NCBI GenBank assembly: GCA_942490825.1
Contig: CALNYG010000005.1
Span: 198,240 to 262,239 of the forward strand
Direction: 5' to 3'
DNA length: 64,000 nt
DNA from: Candidatus Moraniibacteriota bacterium
GTDB taxonomy: Bacteria; Patescibacteriota; Minisyncoccia; Moranbacterales; GCA-2747515
The first letter of the stretch is position 1, and the number at the start of each line of letters is the position of its first letter. The position numbers were made by a program, and so were the translations under genes. Below are positions 34,987 to 44,579 of this stretch, piece by piece. The notes beneath the pieces are model-generated. The model saw only the letters and a list, made by a program, of their open reading frames with translations, was not told the DNA's origin and made no database searches.

Positions 34987-36261
34987 ATGCAACTATCGAA
35001 AAATTATATAAAGCTAGCAATAATAGCTTTGATTTTTATAGTAGTTATAACAGTTGTCGGATGTAGTCGCGGATGTCAAAAGAAAGAAGAAATAGTTAAA
35101 GATGAAGTTGAAGAAGAGATGGAAAAGATGGAATTCATTCCATATGAAGCACCAGAAAATGCCAGTTCGATAACAGGATTATCATGTGATAATTACCAAA
35201 AAAGATCTTTCGGAGTGATGTATAGTGGAAATGTTTCTACTAGCGGAAATAAAGAAGCGAGAGATTATTGGAAAAACTTAGACAAAGCAGATTTCATTTT
35301 AGAAATGCCACATCGACCTATGCATAATGAACCACGTTTATTAGCAGTTTTTCAATGTAATGTTCCTGATGAAGCTGGGCCAATGAGAAGTGGTCGTGTA
35401 GATCATATGGGAGTAGCTGACGCATTGGGAGCAGTATTTGTTACTTGGGGAAAATCAGCAGTTGCAGGAGCGGCTATGAGAAAAGGACTTGTAGATAATT
35501 TAGAAATTGGAAATGGTAGCTCTTCTTCAGATGGAACTCGCGCAGGATTTATTGATCCAAAAATTCATTTTGCGAGTGCAAATTCTGCTTATTCTGATTT
35601 AAATGGTGTAATTAAGATGTCTCAAGAAAAAGATTATAGTAGTGATAATCTTTTTGAAGGATTTAAACATCAAGGAGAAATAGCGATGGAGGAGCGACCA
35701 GATCATGGGATGGTTGATGTAAAATTTGACAGTTCTACATATCGACTTAAATATCAATATGATAAAGAAACTAATACTTATAAAAGATTTAACAGTAAAG
35801 GTGAGCCGAGTATAGATTATATAAGCGGTGAGCAATATGCACCAAAAAATATTATTGGTATAGTGACAAAAAGAGATGGTTGGTTGATAGATAGAGATTA
35901 TACAGGAGAAGGTTTGTTAGATCCATGGGATGGAGTTGATGAAGAAGAGAAAAAAACTCTTAATAATCAGTATCCAAATATGCAGTTAGGAGATCCTTGG
36001 TTCGATACAAAGTTTGAAGGTGATGCAGAATTTTATATGAATGGTCAGGAAATTAAGGGAACATGGAAGAGAGAAAAGGGAGAAGGAAATCCATTTAAAT
36101 TCTATTATGAAAATGGTGAAGAAGTAAGATTTGTTCCAGGTCAGATTTGGATGCATGTTTTGCCTCACGGACAAAAAGTTGGTTATGAAGATGAAGAAGA
36201 ATATCAAGATCGATTGAAGGATGAGGCAGAGGCAGCAGCGACTGGAACGATACAACAATAA
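34987..36261 (+). CDS. DUF3048 (YerB-like) lipoprotein
   Basis: Lipobox VVGC. LDKADFILEMPHRP..RLLAVFQ..GPMRSGR resembles the DUF3048 core (KADIVYE..GITRFLAIF..GPVRSAR). Confidence 0.55.
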   Translation: MQLSKNYIKLAIIALIFIVVITVVGCSRGCQKKEEIVKDEVEEEMEKMEFIPYEAPENASSITGLSCDNYQKRSFGVMYSGNVSTSGNKEARDYWKNLDKADFILEMPHRPMHNEPRLLAVFQCNVPDEAGPMRSGRVDHMGVADALGAVFVTWGKSAVAGAAMRKGLVDNLEIGNGSSSSDGTRAGFIDPKIHFASANSAYSDLNGVIKMSQEKDYSSDNLFEGFKHQGEIAMEERPDHGMVDVKFDSSTYRLKYQYDKETNTYKRFNSKGEPSIDYISGEQYAPKNIIGIVTKRDGWLIDRDYTGEGLLDPWDGVDEEEKKTLNNQYPNMQLGDPWFDTKFEGDAEFYMNGQEIKGTWKREKGEGNPFKFYYENGEEVRFVPGQIWMHVLPHGQKVGYEDEEEYQDRLKDEAEAAATGTIQQ

Positions 36262-36283
36262 AGTTGTAATTTCTAGAGATTTT

Positions 36284-36314
36284 AAAAGACAGGTTTTGTA
36301 AGCCTGTCTTTTTT
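36284..36314 (+). terminator. Intrinsic terminator
   Basis: AAAAGACAGGTTTTGTAAGCCTGTCTTTTTT. Confidence 0.8.
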
Positions 36315-36482
36315 GTGGCTTAGTACATGATTTTTAATTACTTTTTACATTTATATTTAATTTGTTATAGTCTTTTAGTTTTTGTAGATACAAGATAATG
36401 TCTTGTTTTTGTAATGTTTAGGAGAAAATTATAATTTTAATTATGTTATAATGTCAGTAGTTTTAATACTTATTGAAAAATA

Positions 36483-37439
36483 ATGATTATATTTTTTTAC
36501 GGAGAAGAAGACTTTTTAGCTGAGCAGGAAGTTAAAAAATTAAAAGATAAATTTTTATTAAAAAATCCAACAGGTAGTGGATTACATGTTTTTGAATTTG
36601 AAGAAGAGATAAAACTTCAGGAGTTAACTGATAATTTTTCTGAGCAAAATTTATTTTCTGAAAATAAATTAATTATTGTAAAAGATTTTTTTGCTAATAC
36701 AAAAGCTGATGATCAAAATGATTTACTGGATGTTTTGAAAAAAACAGAATTAAGTGATATTTTGGTTTTTTCTGAAAAAATTCAGCCACGGAAAAATGGA
36801 CGTCTTTTCAAATGGCTAAATAAAAATGCAAAAATTTCTAAAGAATTTGCTAAATTGCAAGGCACGCAACTTTCAAATTGGATTAAGAAACAGCTTAATG
36901 AAATTGATAAAAATGTTTCTATTGAGAACAAGGCTTTGCAGGAAATTATTTTTTTGACAAGTGGGGATTTGTGGAAGATCGATATTGAGCTTAATAAGTT
37001 GGCGAATTATGTTGGTGATGGTGAAATAAGTTTGGAAGATGTTCATAAATTGACAGCGGTGAAAGTTGAGGCGGATATTTTTCAAACGATTGAATTGGTT
37101 TTTCGAAATGATAAAAAGAGGGCGATTCTTTTACTTAAACAACAGTTGGCGAAGGGTGACGATCCTTTCTATATTTTTTCGATGTATGTTTATCAGATTC
37201 GAGTTCTTCTTAAGATTGTTGGTTGTGTGGAACAACAAAATAATGCGAATGAATATTCTATTGCGAAAGAGGCAAAACTTCACCCTTTTGTGGTTAAGAA
37301 GTCTTTGATGTTGGTTAGAAATTTGTCGTCTAAAAAATTGTTAAAAGTGCATAAACTTTTGTTGAAATTGGATGGGGAAGTTAAATTGGGAAAAAGGAAG
37401 ATTGAAAGTGCTTTGGATAGTTTTGTGATGGGAGTTTAA
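36483..37439 (+). CDS. holA: DNA polymerase III subunit delta
   Basis: N-terminal IIFFYGEEDFLAEQEVKKLKDKF and LFSENKLIIVKDF pattern; size about 318 aa. Confidence 0.75.
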   Translation: MIIFFYGEEDFLAEQEVKKLKDKFLLKNPTGSGLHVFEFEEEIKLQELTDNFSEQNLFSENKLIIVKDFFANTKADDQNDLLDVLKKTELSDILVFSEKIQPRKNGRLFKWLNKNAKISKEFAKLQGTQLSNWIKKQLNEIDKNVSIENKALQEIIFLTSGDLWKIDIELNKLANYVGDGEISLEDVHKLTAVKVEADIFQTIELVFRNDKKRAILLLKQQLAKGDDPFYIFSMYVYQIRVLLKIVGCVEQQNNANEYSIAKEAKLHPFVVKKSLMLVRNLSSKKLLKVHKLLLKLDGEVKLGKRKIESALDSFVMGV

Positions 37440-37507
37440 TTTAATTTAAAATTTTGTCATTCTTGTAGATAACGCACATGTGCGTTCTCTACAGAGTAAT
37501 ATAAAAC

Positions 37508-37539
37508 AAAAAACTTCCGAGTTAATCGGAAGTTTTTTT
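37508..37539. terminator. Bidirectional intrinsic terminator between holA and rpsT
   Basis: AAAAAACTTCCGAGTTAATCGGAAGTTTTTTT. Confidence 0.8.
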
Positions 37540-37554
37540 GTAAAGTTTTTAGTT

Positions 37555-37827
37555 TTAAGCTTCTTGCTTTGTTTTTTTAACTAATTTGTTCAATCTTGAT
37601 TTTTTTCTTGCACAAGTATTTTTCTTAAGTGCGTTTTTCTGTACGGCTTTATCTAAGGCTTTTTGTGATTGGCTTAGTAATTCGTCCATTGCTTTTGTGT
37701 CTTTTTCTGCAACGGCAACCATTAGGTTTTTGATTGCACTTCGGAAAGCTCCTCGTGTTTTTCGGTTTTCTTCAGTCTTTTTGCTTGTGACTTTGATGTA
37801 TTTCTTTGCTGAATCTTTGATTGGCAT
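37555..37827 (-). CDS. rpsT: 30S ribosomal protein S20
   Basis: MPIKDSAKKYIKVTSKKTEENRKTRGAFRSAIKNL.. is a typical S20 N-terminus; 90 aa, basic. Confidence 0.9.
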   Translation of the reverse strand: MPIKDSAKKYIKVTSKKTEENRKTRGAFRSAIKNLMVAVAEKDTKAMDELLSQSQKALDKAVQKNALKKNTCARKKSRLNKLVKKTKQEA

Positions 37828-37945
37828 ATTATTGTTTACTTATTTATTGATAATTTACGAGCATGTATTTTATCAGACTAGTTTCTTATTTATATCATGG
37901 GCGGGGGATTTTGTAAAGGAAGAGGATTTTTAAAGTGATATGAAT

Positions 37946-38764
37946 TTAATATCTCATTTTTAAATATTTAGTTACTTCAAAGTATAAAGAAGGCTCTTTA
38001 TGGCAACAATCCATTAAATTAAAATAACATTCTTTTGCAAATTTATTTTTTATTTCTTTTGGATATTTAAATTTATGAGCTTGGAGTCCGAGTTGTTTGT
38101 TATAATAGTGGGTTATTGATTTTTTATGCTCAGATTGTAAATAATAAAATAAGCCCCATCTTATGTTATTTAAAAATTCTGCAATAGTACTACTATGATA
38201 TACTATTATATCATTATGAAACCAATCATAAAAACTATTTAAAGATAGCAATATTTTCTCATTACTGGCATCAATATTATTTTCTAAAAGAATAGATTTC
38301 ATTTCTTCAACTACTCCAGAAAGTCTTGTAAAATTGTGTTTTGAGATATTTCCACAAATTTTAATAAAATCAATCCTTTTTAGGATTAAATTTTTTTCTA
38401 TATTTATTGGATATAAATTTATATCTTTTATTAAAACTTTTTTAGTTAACCATTTTCTAAAATCAGAAGTGGTATTTTTTAAACTTTTTACGGAGTTGTT
38501 TGTATTAAAATTAGGACTATTACATATTTTACTTAGAGCTTGTAAATAAGGAACTTGTTCTCCGGTAATTTTATTATCAGAACAAGATAAAAAATCTACT
38601 AATATTATACTAAAAAATTTTTGATGAGTTATTGAATTAAAACTAATGTTGGTATCTGGATTATCTCCCCATATTTTCATTACTTCCATATTTACCATTT
38701 CATCAATAAAATTTTTTATTGCAAATAGATAAATTACCTCTTTTTCAATATTGTTTAAATTCAT
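37946..38764 (-). CDS. Hypothetical AT-rich orphan protein
   Basis: 272 aa, no recognised family. CGNISKHNFTRL loosely resembles xNxxKH HEPN-type motifs but lacks the Arg. Confidence 0.4.
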   Translation of the reverse strand: MNLNNIEKEVIYLFAIKNFIDEMVNMEVMKIWGDNPDTNISFNSITHQKFFSIILVDFLSCSDNKITGEQVPYLQALSKICNSPNFNTNNSVKSLKNTTSDFRKWLTKKVLIKDINLYPINIEKNLILKRIDFIKICGNISKHNFTRLSGVVEEMKSILLENNIDASNEKILLSLNSFYDWFHNDIIVYHSSTIAEFLNNIRWGLFYYLQSEHKKSITHYYNKQLGLQAHKFKYPKEIKNKFAKECYFNLMDCCHKEPSLYFEVTKYLKMRY

Positions 38765-38843
38765 TTAATTATTATTTGTAGTTATTTTTACATTATAACA
38801 AAAAACCTTTGAAAAAACACGAAATTCCTTTATAATACAGGAT

Positions 38844-39806
38844 ATGAATAAACAAAACATTAAACAACCAGAAGGCGGATTGCTCCAGTCAAAAAATTGG
38901 GCAGATTTTTTACGTGCTGAAAAAAAAGAAGTTGTTGAAATTGGAGAAGAAGAAAAACTTTTTGGTGTGGCGAATAAATTGCCTGTAGCAGGAGAATATT
39001 TATACATTCCACGATTAACTTTCCAAAATAATTCAAATCCTGAAAAAACTTTGCGAGAAATTGAGAAAAAAGTTTTAGAAAAAAAATTTGGTTGGTTGCG
39101 AACGGATCTTTTGAATAAGAATGATTTGAAAAGAGTTAAAGAAAATTTAAATTATAAAGTTATCAAAGCACCACATGATATGCAGCCGAAGGATCATTTT
39201 ATTATTGATGTTTCTTTTTTGGGTGAAGAGGAATTGTTAAAAAACATGAAATCGAAAACTCGTTATAATATTAGATTGGCGGAGAAAAAAGGTGTAAAGA
39301 TTTTTGCTAGTCGAGATAAGAATCATTTGCGAGATTTTTTTAATTTAGTGAATAAAACAGCTAAAAGAAAAAATGTTAATTTTCATGATTTTAAACATTA
39401 TGAAAAAATGTTTGATGAATTACCTGAAGATTGTATTGAGCTTTATTTAGCGGAGTATGAGGGAAAAATTATTGTGGCAAATATTGCGACTTTTTATAAT
39501 GGTGTGGCGACTTATTTGCATGGCGGGATGGATGGGGAATATCGTAAATTGATGGCACCGTTTTTGTTGCAATGGAGAATGATTCGGGATGCGAAAGAAG
39601 AGGGTTGTGTGTGGTATGATTTTGGTGGTGTTTTTCCTGATTCTGATGACAGTGGAAAGAGTGGAATCACTAGATTTAAAATGAGTTTTTCTCCGAAGAT
39701 GGAAGTTTTTGAAACGATGGGGACTTATGATGTTGTTTTTTCTCCGGTTAAATATTGGATTTATAAGTTTTTGCAGAGAGTTAAGGGATTAATTGGTAGA
39801 TTGTAG
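38844..39806 (+). CDS. FemAB-family peptidoglycan interpeptide-bridge aminoacyltransferase
   Basis: KSKTRYNIRLAEKKGV, YLAEYEGKIIVANIATFYNGVATYLHGG, LLQWRMIRDAKEEGCVWYDFGGV. Confidence 0.8.
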   Translation: MNKQNIKQPEGGLLQSKNWADFLRAEKKEVVEIGEEEKLFGVANKLPVAGEYLYIPRLTFQNNSNPEKTLREIEKKVLEKKFGWLRTDLLNKNDLKRVKENLNYKVIKAPHDMQPKDHFIIDVSFLGEEELLKNMKSKTRYNIRLAEKKGVKIFASRDKNHLRDFFNLVNKTAKRKNVNFHDFKHYEKMFDELPEDCIELYLAEYEGKIIVANIATFYNGVATYLHGGMDGEYRKLMAPFLLQWRMIRDAKEEGCVWYDFGGVFPDSDDSGKSGITRFKMSFSPKMEVFETMGTYDVVFSPVKYWIYKFLQRVKGLIGRL

Positions 39807-39902
39807 ATACATTGCATTGCAATGTCTTAGGTTGGGTAAAAAATTTTCAATTTACGAATTTACAATTTTCAAACAATTTTTAATGATTTATTTAATAAAG
39901 AT

Positions 39903-40349
39903 ATGAATAATTTAAAACCAGGAAAAGATTATATTGGGATGGGAGCAGGAGTGATGATTTTAGATGAAAAAAATGAAAAAATATTATTGATGAAAAGAGG
40001 TAATAAATGTAAAAATGAAGCTGGGTATTGGTCAGAGCCTGGCGGAGAAGTTGAATTTGGTGAAACAATTGTTGAATCTATGAAGAGAGAAATGAAAGAA
40101 GAACTTAATGTTGAAGTTAAAATCTGGGGATGCTCGGTTTATGTGGATCATATCATTGAAGTGGAAAGTCAACATTGGGTTTCAGTAAGTCTTATTGGTA
40201 ATATTTCAAGGGGAGAGCCAGAAATTATGGAAGTAACCAAATGTTCAGAAATTAAGTGGTTTGAATTAGAAAAATTACCAGAAAAAATTACGCAAGCTAC
40301 TAAGGAACCAATAGAAAATTATTTAGCTGGAAGATTCGTAAAGTTGTAA
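39903..40349 (+). CDS. NUDIX hydrolase
   Basis: Nudix box GGEVEFGETIVESMKREMKEELNV. Confidence 0.9.
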   Translation: MNNLKPGKDYIGMGAGVMILDEKNEKILLMKRGNKCKNEAGYWSEPGGEVEFGETIVESMKREMKEELNVEVKIWGCSVYVDHIIEVESQHWVSVSLIGNISRGEPEIMEVTKCSEIKWFELEKLPEKITQATKEPIENYLAGRFVKL

Positions 40350-40404
40350 TTTTAAAAAGCCTGTGCGGCGAGCACTTTTATTTTTTAAATTAAAATTAAT
40401 CATC

Positions 40405-41817
40405 ATGGAAATTATTTTGGCTTATGTTAAAAAATTGATTCCGAAGAAGTTGTTTAAAAAATTACAACCGATTTATCATTATGTTTTTAACTTTTTGGCA
40501 GCGGTGGTTTATGGTTTTCCGTCTAATAAATTGATTGTGGTTGGGGTTACGGGGACGACGGGGAAGACGACGACGACTTTTATGATTGCGGAAATGTTGA
40601 AAAATGCTGGGGTGAAGGTGGGGTATACTTCGACGGCGATGTTTGGTGATGGGGAGACGGAGCGATTGAATGATAAGAAAATGACGATGTTGGGGCGGAT
40701 GTTTACGCAGAATATGATTTCGCGGATGGTGCGGAATGGTTGCGAGGTGGCGATTATTGAGACGACTTCGGAGGGGGCGGTGCAGTTTCGGCATCGGTTT
40801 ATTAATTATGACATGATGGTTTTCACGGGGATTTATCCTGAGCATATTGAATCGCACGGAAGTTTTGAGAATTATAAAAAAGCGAAAATTGAAATTTTTA
40901 AGCACTTGAAGATTTGCGGAAAGAAGGACTTGAATTTGTTAAATGGTAGTGAAGAGAAAATTAAAAAGACTTCTATCATTGATGGTGATGATGAATTTGC
41001 TGGGGAATTTTTGGAACCTTGGGCGGAGGAGAAAATTGTTTTTAGAAATGTTGCGGAAGCAGTGGTCTGTCGACACACTACTTCCGGCGAAAATTCCCGG
41101 GTTGAAAATTTCCAACCCCTACAGGATAATGACGTGTCTTTTGTGAATTATAAATTTAGGGAAATTAATAATGTTGGGGTTAAATTTGATTTTGATGGTG
41201 AGGAGATTCAGATGAAAATTTTGGGTGATTTTAATTCTAAAAATGCGACGATTGCTGGTGCGGTTGGTTTGGCTTTAGGATTGAATAAAAGGCAAATTAG
41301 GTCTGGATTGGAAAAAGTTGTGGGGATTCCTGGGCGTTTGGAACGGATTGATGAGGGTCAGGATTTTACGGTGATTGTGGATTATGCGTTTGAACCGGTG
41401 GCGGTTGGTAAGCTTTATGATATGGTTGGGAATTTGGATCATGAAAAAATTATTCATGTTTTGGGTAGTGCGGGTGGGGGTCGTGATATGGCTCGGCGGG
41501 AGATATTGGGTAAGTTGGCTGGTGAAAAAGCGGATTTTGTGATTGTTACGAATGAGGATCCGTATGATGAGGATCCGATGGAAATTATTAAAATGGTAGC
41601 GGATGGTGCGAGAAACGTTGGTAAGGTTGAAGATGATAATTTATTTTTAATTGAGGATCGTGGAGAGGCGATTGAAAAGGCGATTGGTTTGGCGAGGGAA
41701 GGTGATGTGGTTTTGATTACGGGGAAGGGTTCGGAACAGGCGATTGTGGTTGGGAATGGGAGGAAGGTTATGTGGGATGATCGGGATGTTGTTAGGGAAG
41801 TTTTGAGAAAGATGTAA
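40405..41817 (+). CDS. murE: Mur ligase, MurE-type (UDP-MurNAc-L-Ala-D-Glu : diamino acid ligase)
   Basis: P-loop VGVTGTTGKTTT, FNSKNATIA, DYAFEP (DYAHTP equivalent), NEDPYDEDP (DNPRxEDP equivalent). The track start 40363 runs through the repeat box and was trimmed to ATG 40405. Confidence 0.85.
   Translation: MEIILAYVKKLIPKKLFKKLQPIYHYVFNFLAAVVYGFPSNKLIVVGVTGTTGKTTTTFMIAEMLKNAGVKVGYTSTAMFGDGETERLNDKKMTMLGRMFTQNMISRMVRNGCEVAIIETTSEGAVQFRHRFINYDMMVFTGIYPEHIESHGSFENYKKAKIEIFKHLKICGKKDLNLLNGSEEKIKKTSIIDGDDEFAGEFLEPWAEEKIVFRNVAEAVVCRHTTSGENSRVENFQPLQDNDVSFVNYKFREINNVGVKFDFDGEEIQMKILGDFNSKNATIAGAVGLALGLNKRQIRSGLEKVVGIPGRLERIDEGQDFTVIVDYAFEPVAVGKLYDMVGNLDHEKIIHVLGSAGGGRDMARREILGKLAGEKADFVIVTNEDPYDEDPMEIIKMVADGARNVGKVEDDNLFLIEDRGEAIEKAIGLAREGDVVLITGKGSEQAIVVGNGRKVMWDDRDVVREVLRKM
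41044..41136 (+). repeat. Intergenic-type palindromic repeat inserted in frame inside murE
   Basis: AGAAATGTTGCGGAAGCAGTGGTCTGTCGACACACTACTTCCGGCGAAAA.. aligns with the intergenic copies AGAAACGTTTCGGAATCAGTGGTCTTCGACACACTAATTCCGGC (10341-10384) and 12340-12384. It encodes RNVAEAVVCRHTTSGENSRVENFQPLQDNDV. Confidence 0.8.
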
Positions 41818-41883
41818 ATTTTTTTATATAAAATAAACGCCTAATCCGATGAATTAATCGATTTAGGCGTTAAGGTAGTATGA

Positions 41884-42339
41884 CTATTCAGATAGAAGCA
41901 AGCCGGACTCTTCAAATGCCGTTATTAAATTTCCGATAAAATGGTGATAGTTTTGAATAAATGGATCATATTCACATATTGCTATATTTAGCCATTTAAA
42001 CTTTCGCGACAACCATGTTCTTTTGCAATATACTTTAATTTCAGAGGGTTTGGAAATTTCTGTTTTGATGTGTATTTCTACAATCATTCCCATAAATCTG
42101 AAATTTAAATCATCATTATTTGTAGGCTCTATATTTTCGTTGGGAAAATATTTTTTCATCACCCTAATGATAATTTCCTCTATTTCTTCTCTACCCGTTT
42201 GATTTAACTTTAATTCATATTTTTCCACGGTTATTTCTCCTATTTTCACATTTAAAGAACGAACTACCCAACTAGGATAAGGGTAATTTAAAACTTTATT
42301 AAAGTCAAGTAATTTAGGCTCTTTAACATCTTTGGGCAA
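41884..42339 (-). CDS. Hypothetical protein; 5' end uncertain because of the ISL3 insertion
   Basis: The track ORF starts with TTG inside the IS terminal repeat (42317-42339). Its native promoter-like sequence TTGACT..TACCCT abuts the insertion point. Confidence 0.4.
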   Translation of the reverse strand: MPKDVKEPKLLDFNKVLNYPYPSWVVRSLNVKIGEITVEKYELKLNQTGREEIEEIIIRVMKKYFPNENIEPTNNDDLNFRFMGMIVEIHIKTEISKPSEIKVYCKRTWLSRKFKWLNIAICEYDPFIQNYHHFIGNLITAFEESGLLLSE

Positions 42340-43612
42340 AGCTAAGTATTGAAATTTGTTAAATTCTATGCTTAAATATTAAGTTATTTTAATAATTTAA
42401 TATTTTAAAAATGCAAAAAAAAGAGATTAAAAAAATATTCAATTTAGAAGGATATATTTTAGATAAATTTGAAGAAAAAAATGATAAAATAATTTTACAT
42501 TGTCATTTACAAAAAGAATTCATTTAAATTAATAAAAGAGCTAAGTCAAATAATTAATAATAACAGATATAGAATAATTGCTCATTCTATGTTTGAAAAT
42601 ATAATAGTTTTTATAGCTATGACTCAAAGAAGATTTTATTTTTCTAAACATAAAAAGAAACTTCGGGAATCTTTACCTCAAGTTAAAAAAGGGCAACAAA
42701 TGAGCACAGCTTTTAAAAAACTCTGTCATAGAATTAAGAGAAACCACATATAGCGGACTAGCTAGATCTAGACAGATAAGCATTATGTCGGCTCTGAGAA
42801 TGATTGATGAAATGGTAAATACTTCATTAATTTGAGATAAATCTATTCAAAGAATTGGAATGGATGGCAAAGGAGTTAGCAAAAGAAAACAAGTTTTTAA
42901 CATTACTAATTTAATTGATAATGAGGTGATAGGTGTTCTACCAAATTTATCACAAAAAGAATTGCTGAAAGAATTATTAAAAATTGATTTAAAATTTAGA
43001 TTAGCAGTTAAAGAAGTATGTATTGATATGGACTCTTTTTTTCCAGCTATTATTAAAGAATGTTTTCCTAATGCGGTTATTGTGATTGATCATTTTCATA
43101 TAATTCAGTGGGCTGTCTTTTTATTAAAAGAACAAAAGAAAGTTTTTCAAGACATCAACAATGAATCTTATAAAATAAATAAATTACTGATGATACCTAC
43201 ACACAAATTAACAATTGAAGAATTTAATAAATTAGAAAAAGTTTTTGTTAAAGTTCCTAAGTTAAAACAAAGTTGGAAAATAATTCATCAACTCAGAAAA
43301 GTATATTGGAAAAATAACAGAAAAGAAGCTCAAAAACAATTAAAATATGTCATCAGTCTTTGTAAAACTTCAGAATCAAAATATATGAAAGATTTGGCTA
43401 ATACATTAACAAGATGGTTTGATGAAATATTAAATTATTATTTATCTAAAACAACTAATGCTTATACTGAAGGAATTCATAATCATTTTGAAAGAATTAA
43501 AAGGAATCATTTTGGGATTAGAAATGTTGAACGTTTTTGTAAAAGATTATTATTTTGTGTTCTTCCGATGACAATTTTCTTAAATTTAGTTGCCCAAAGA
43601 TGTTAAAGAGCC
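42317..43612 (+). mobile_element. ISL3-family insertion sequence, copy A (decayed), 1296 bp
   Basis: 23-bp perfect terminal IR GGCTCTTTAACATCTTTGGGCAA. 8-bp target duplication GTAATTTA at 42309-42316 and 43613-43620. Confidence 0.9.
42412..43606 (+). pseudogene. ISL3 transposase pseudogene (copy A)
   Basis: The N-terminal part is broken by stops and frameshifts (MQKKEIKKIFNLEGY..QKEFI*). The C-terminal 248 aa are intact (42860-43606) with VIVIDHFHIIQ and TNAYTEGIHNHFERIKRNHFGIRNVERF motifs. Confidence 0.85.
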
Positions 43613-43617
43613 GTAAT

Positions 43618-44502
43618 TTATCTCAATTCCAAAACATCAATCACAGGCGGAACACCAAGTCGCATCGGTAAACCAACTTCACCAATTCCAGTGGAAATAA
43701 AAAGTTTACCAAAAATATTTTCAGATAATCCACGATCAAAATTACCATCGCAGGGAATCGCTTTTTTATAAAAATAAGGCAACCGAATTTGTCCGCCGTG
43801 GGTGTGTCCAGAGATGGTTAAATCAGGAATTGAATTTTTATAATTTAAAGTGGTATCTGGATTATGAGTGATGACAATTAAATTATCACTTTCCGAAAAA
43901 TTATTTATTTGGGTTATGTCATCTTCTCTTGCCCAATTATCGCCAAGTCCTAAAATATTAATATTTTTCTCTTTCAAAACACTGCTTTCATTATCGAGAA
44001 AAATAACATTATTATTTTCTAAAGCTTTTTTTAATTCTTCTTGAATGGGTGGTCCAGGTTTTTCATCATCATGATTTCCTAAAATTCCATAAACTGGAAC
44101 TTTTAGATCTTTCAACGGATAAAATAAATTTTCTAAATTTTCGTTTGGATAATAGGTGAAGTCTCCTGGAATTAAAACTGCATCAACATTTTCAATTTTA
44201 TTTATTTTTTCGACAACTCTTTTTAAGAATTTATCATTTTTATAAACGCCTAAATGTATATCAGAAATTACAACTATTTTTGCATTGAAACCAACTTCAA
44301 TTTCGGTTGTTTCTGTTTTAATAATATTTCTTTCTATGAATCGGGAATAGATGAAAGATAGGGTTAATAGAAATAGAAAGATGATTACTATTAAGGATCT
44401 TTTACTTTTTTTAACAGACCTTTTTCTTTTTATCGAAATTATTATTAATAAAATTAAAAAAGGAAAAGATAGGTGTGAAAAATAGAAAATTAAACTATGC
44501 AT
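43618..44502 (-). CDS. Membrane-anchored calcineurin-like metallophosphoesterase (COG1408/YkuE-like)
   Basis: VVISDIHLG, IPGDFTY, ILGNHDD, ITHNPD, SGHTHGGQ; two N-terminal TM helices. Confidence 0.85.
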   Translation of the reverse strand: MHSLIFYFSHLSFPFLILLIIISIKRKRSVKKSKRSLIVIIFLFLLTLSFIYSRFIERNIIKTETTEIEVGFNAKIVVISDIHLGVYKNDKFLKRVVEKINKIENVDAVLIPGDFTYYPNENLENLFYPLKDLKVPVYGILGNHDDEKPGPPIQEELKKALENNNVIFLDNESSVLKEKNINILGLGDNWAREDDITQINNFSESDNLIVITHNPDTTLNYKNSIPDLTISGHTHGGQIRLPYFYKKAIPCDGNFDRGLSENIFGKLFISTGIGEVGLPMRLGVPPVIDVLELR

Positions 44503-44579
44503 GAAATTATACGTGAATTATTACAGATAAATTATCAGAGTAAGAATAATTTAAGATTTTATTTAAGTCAAGTGAATTG

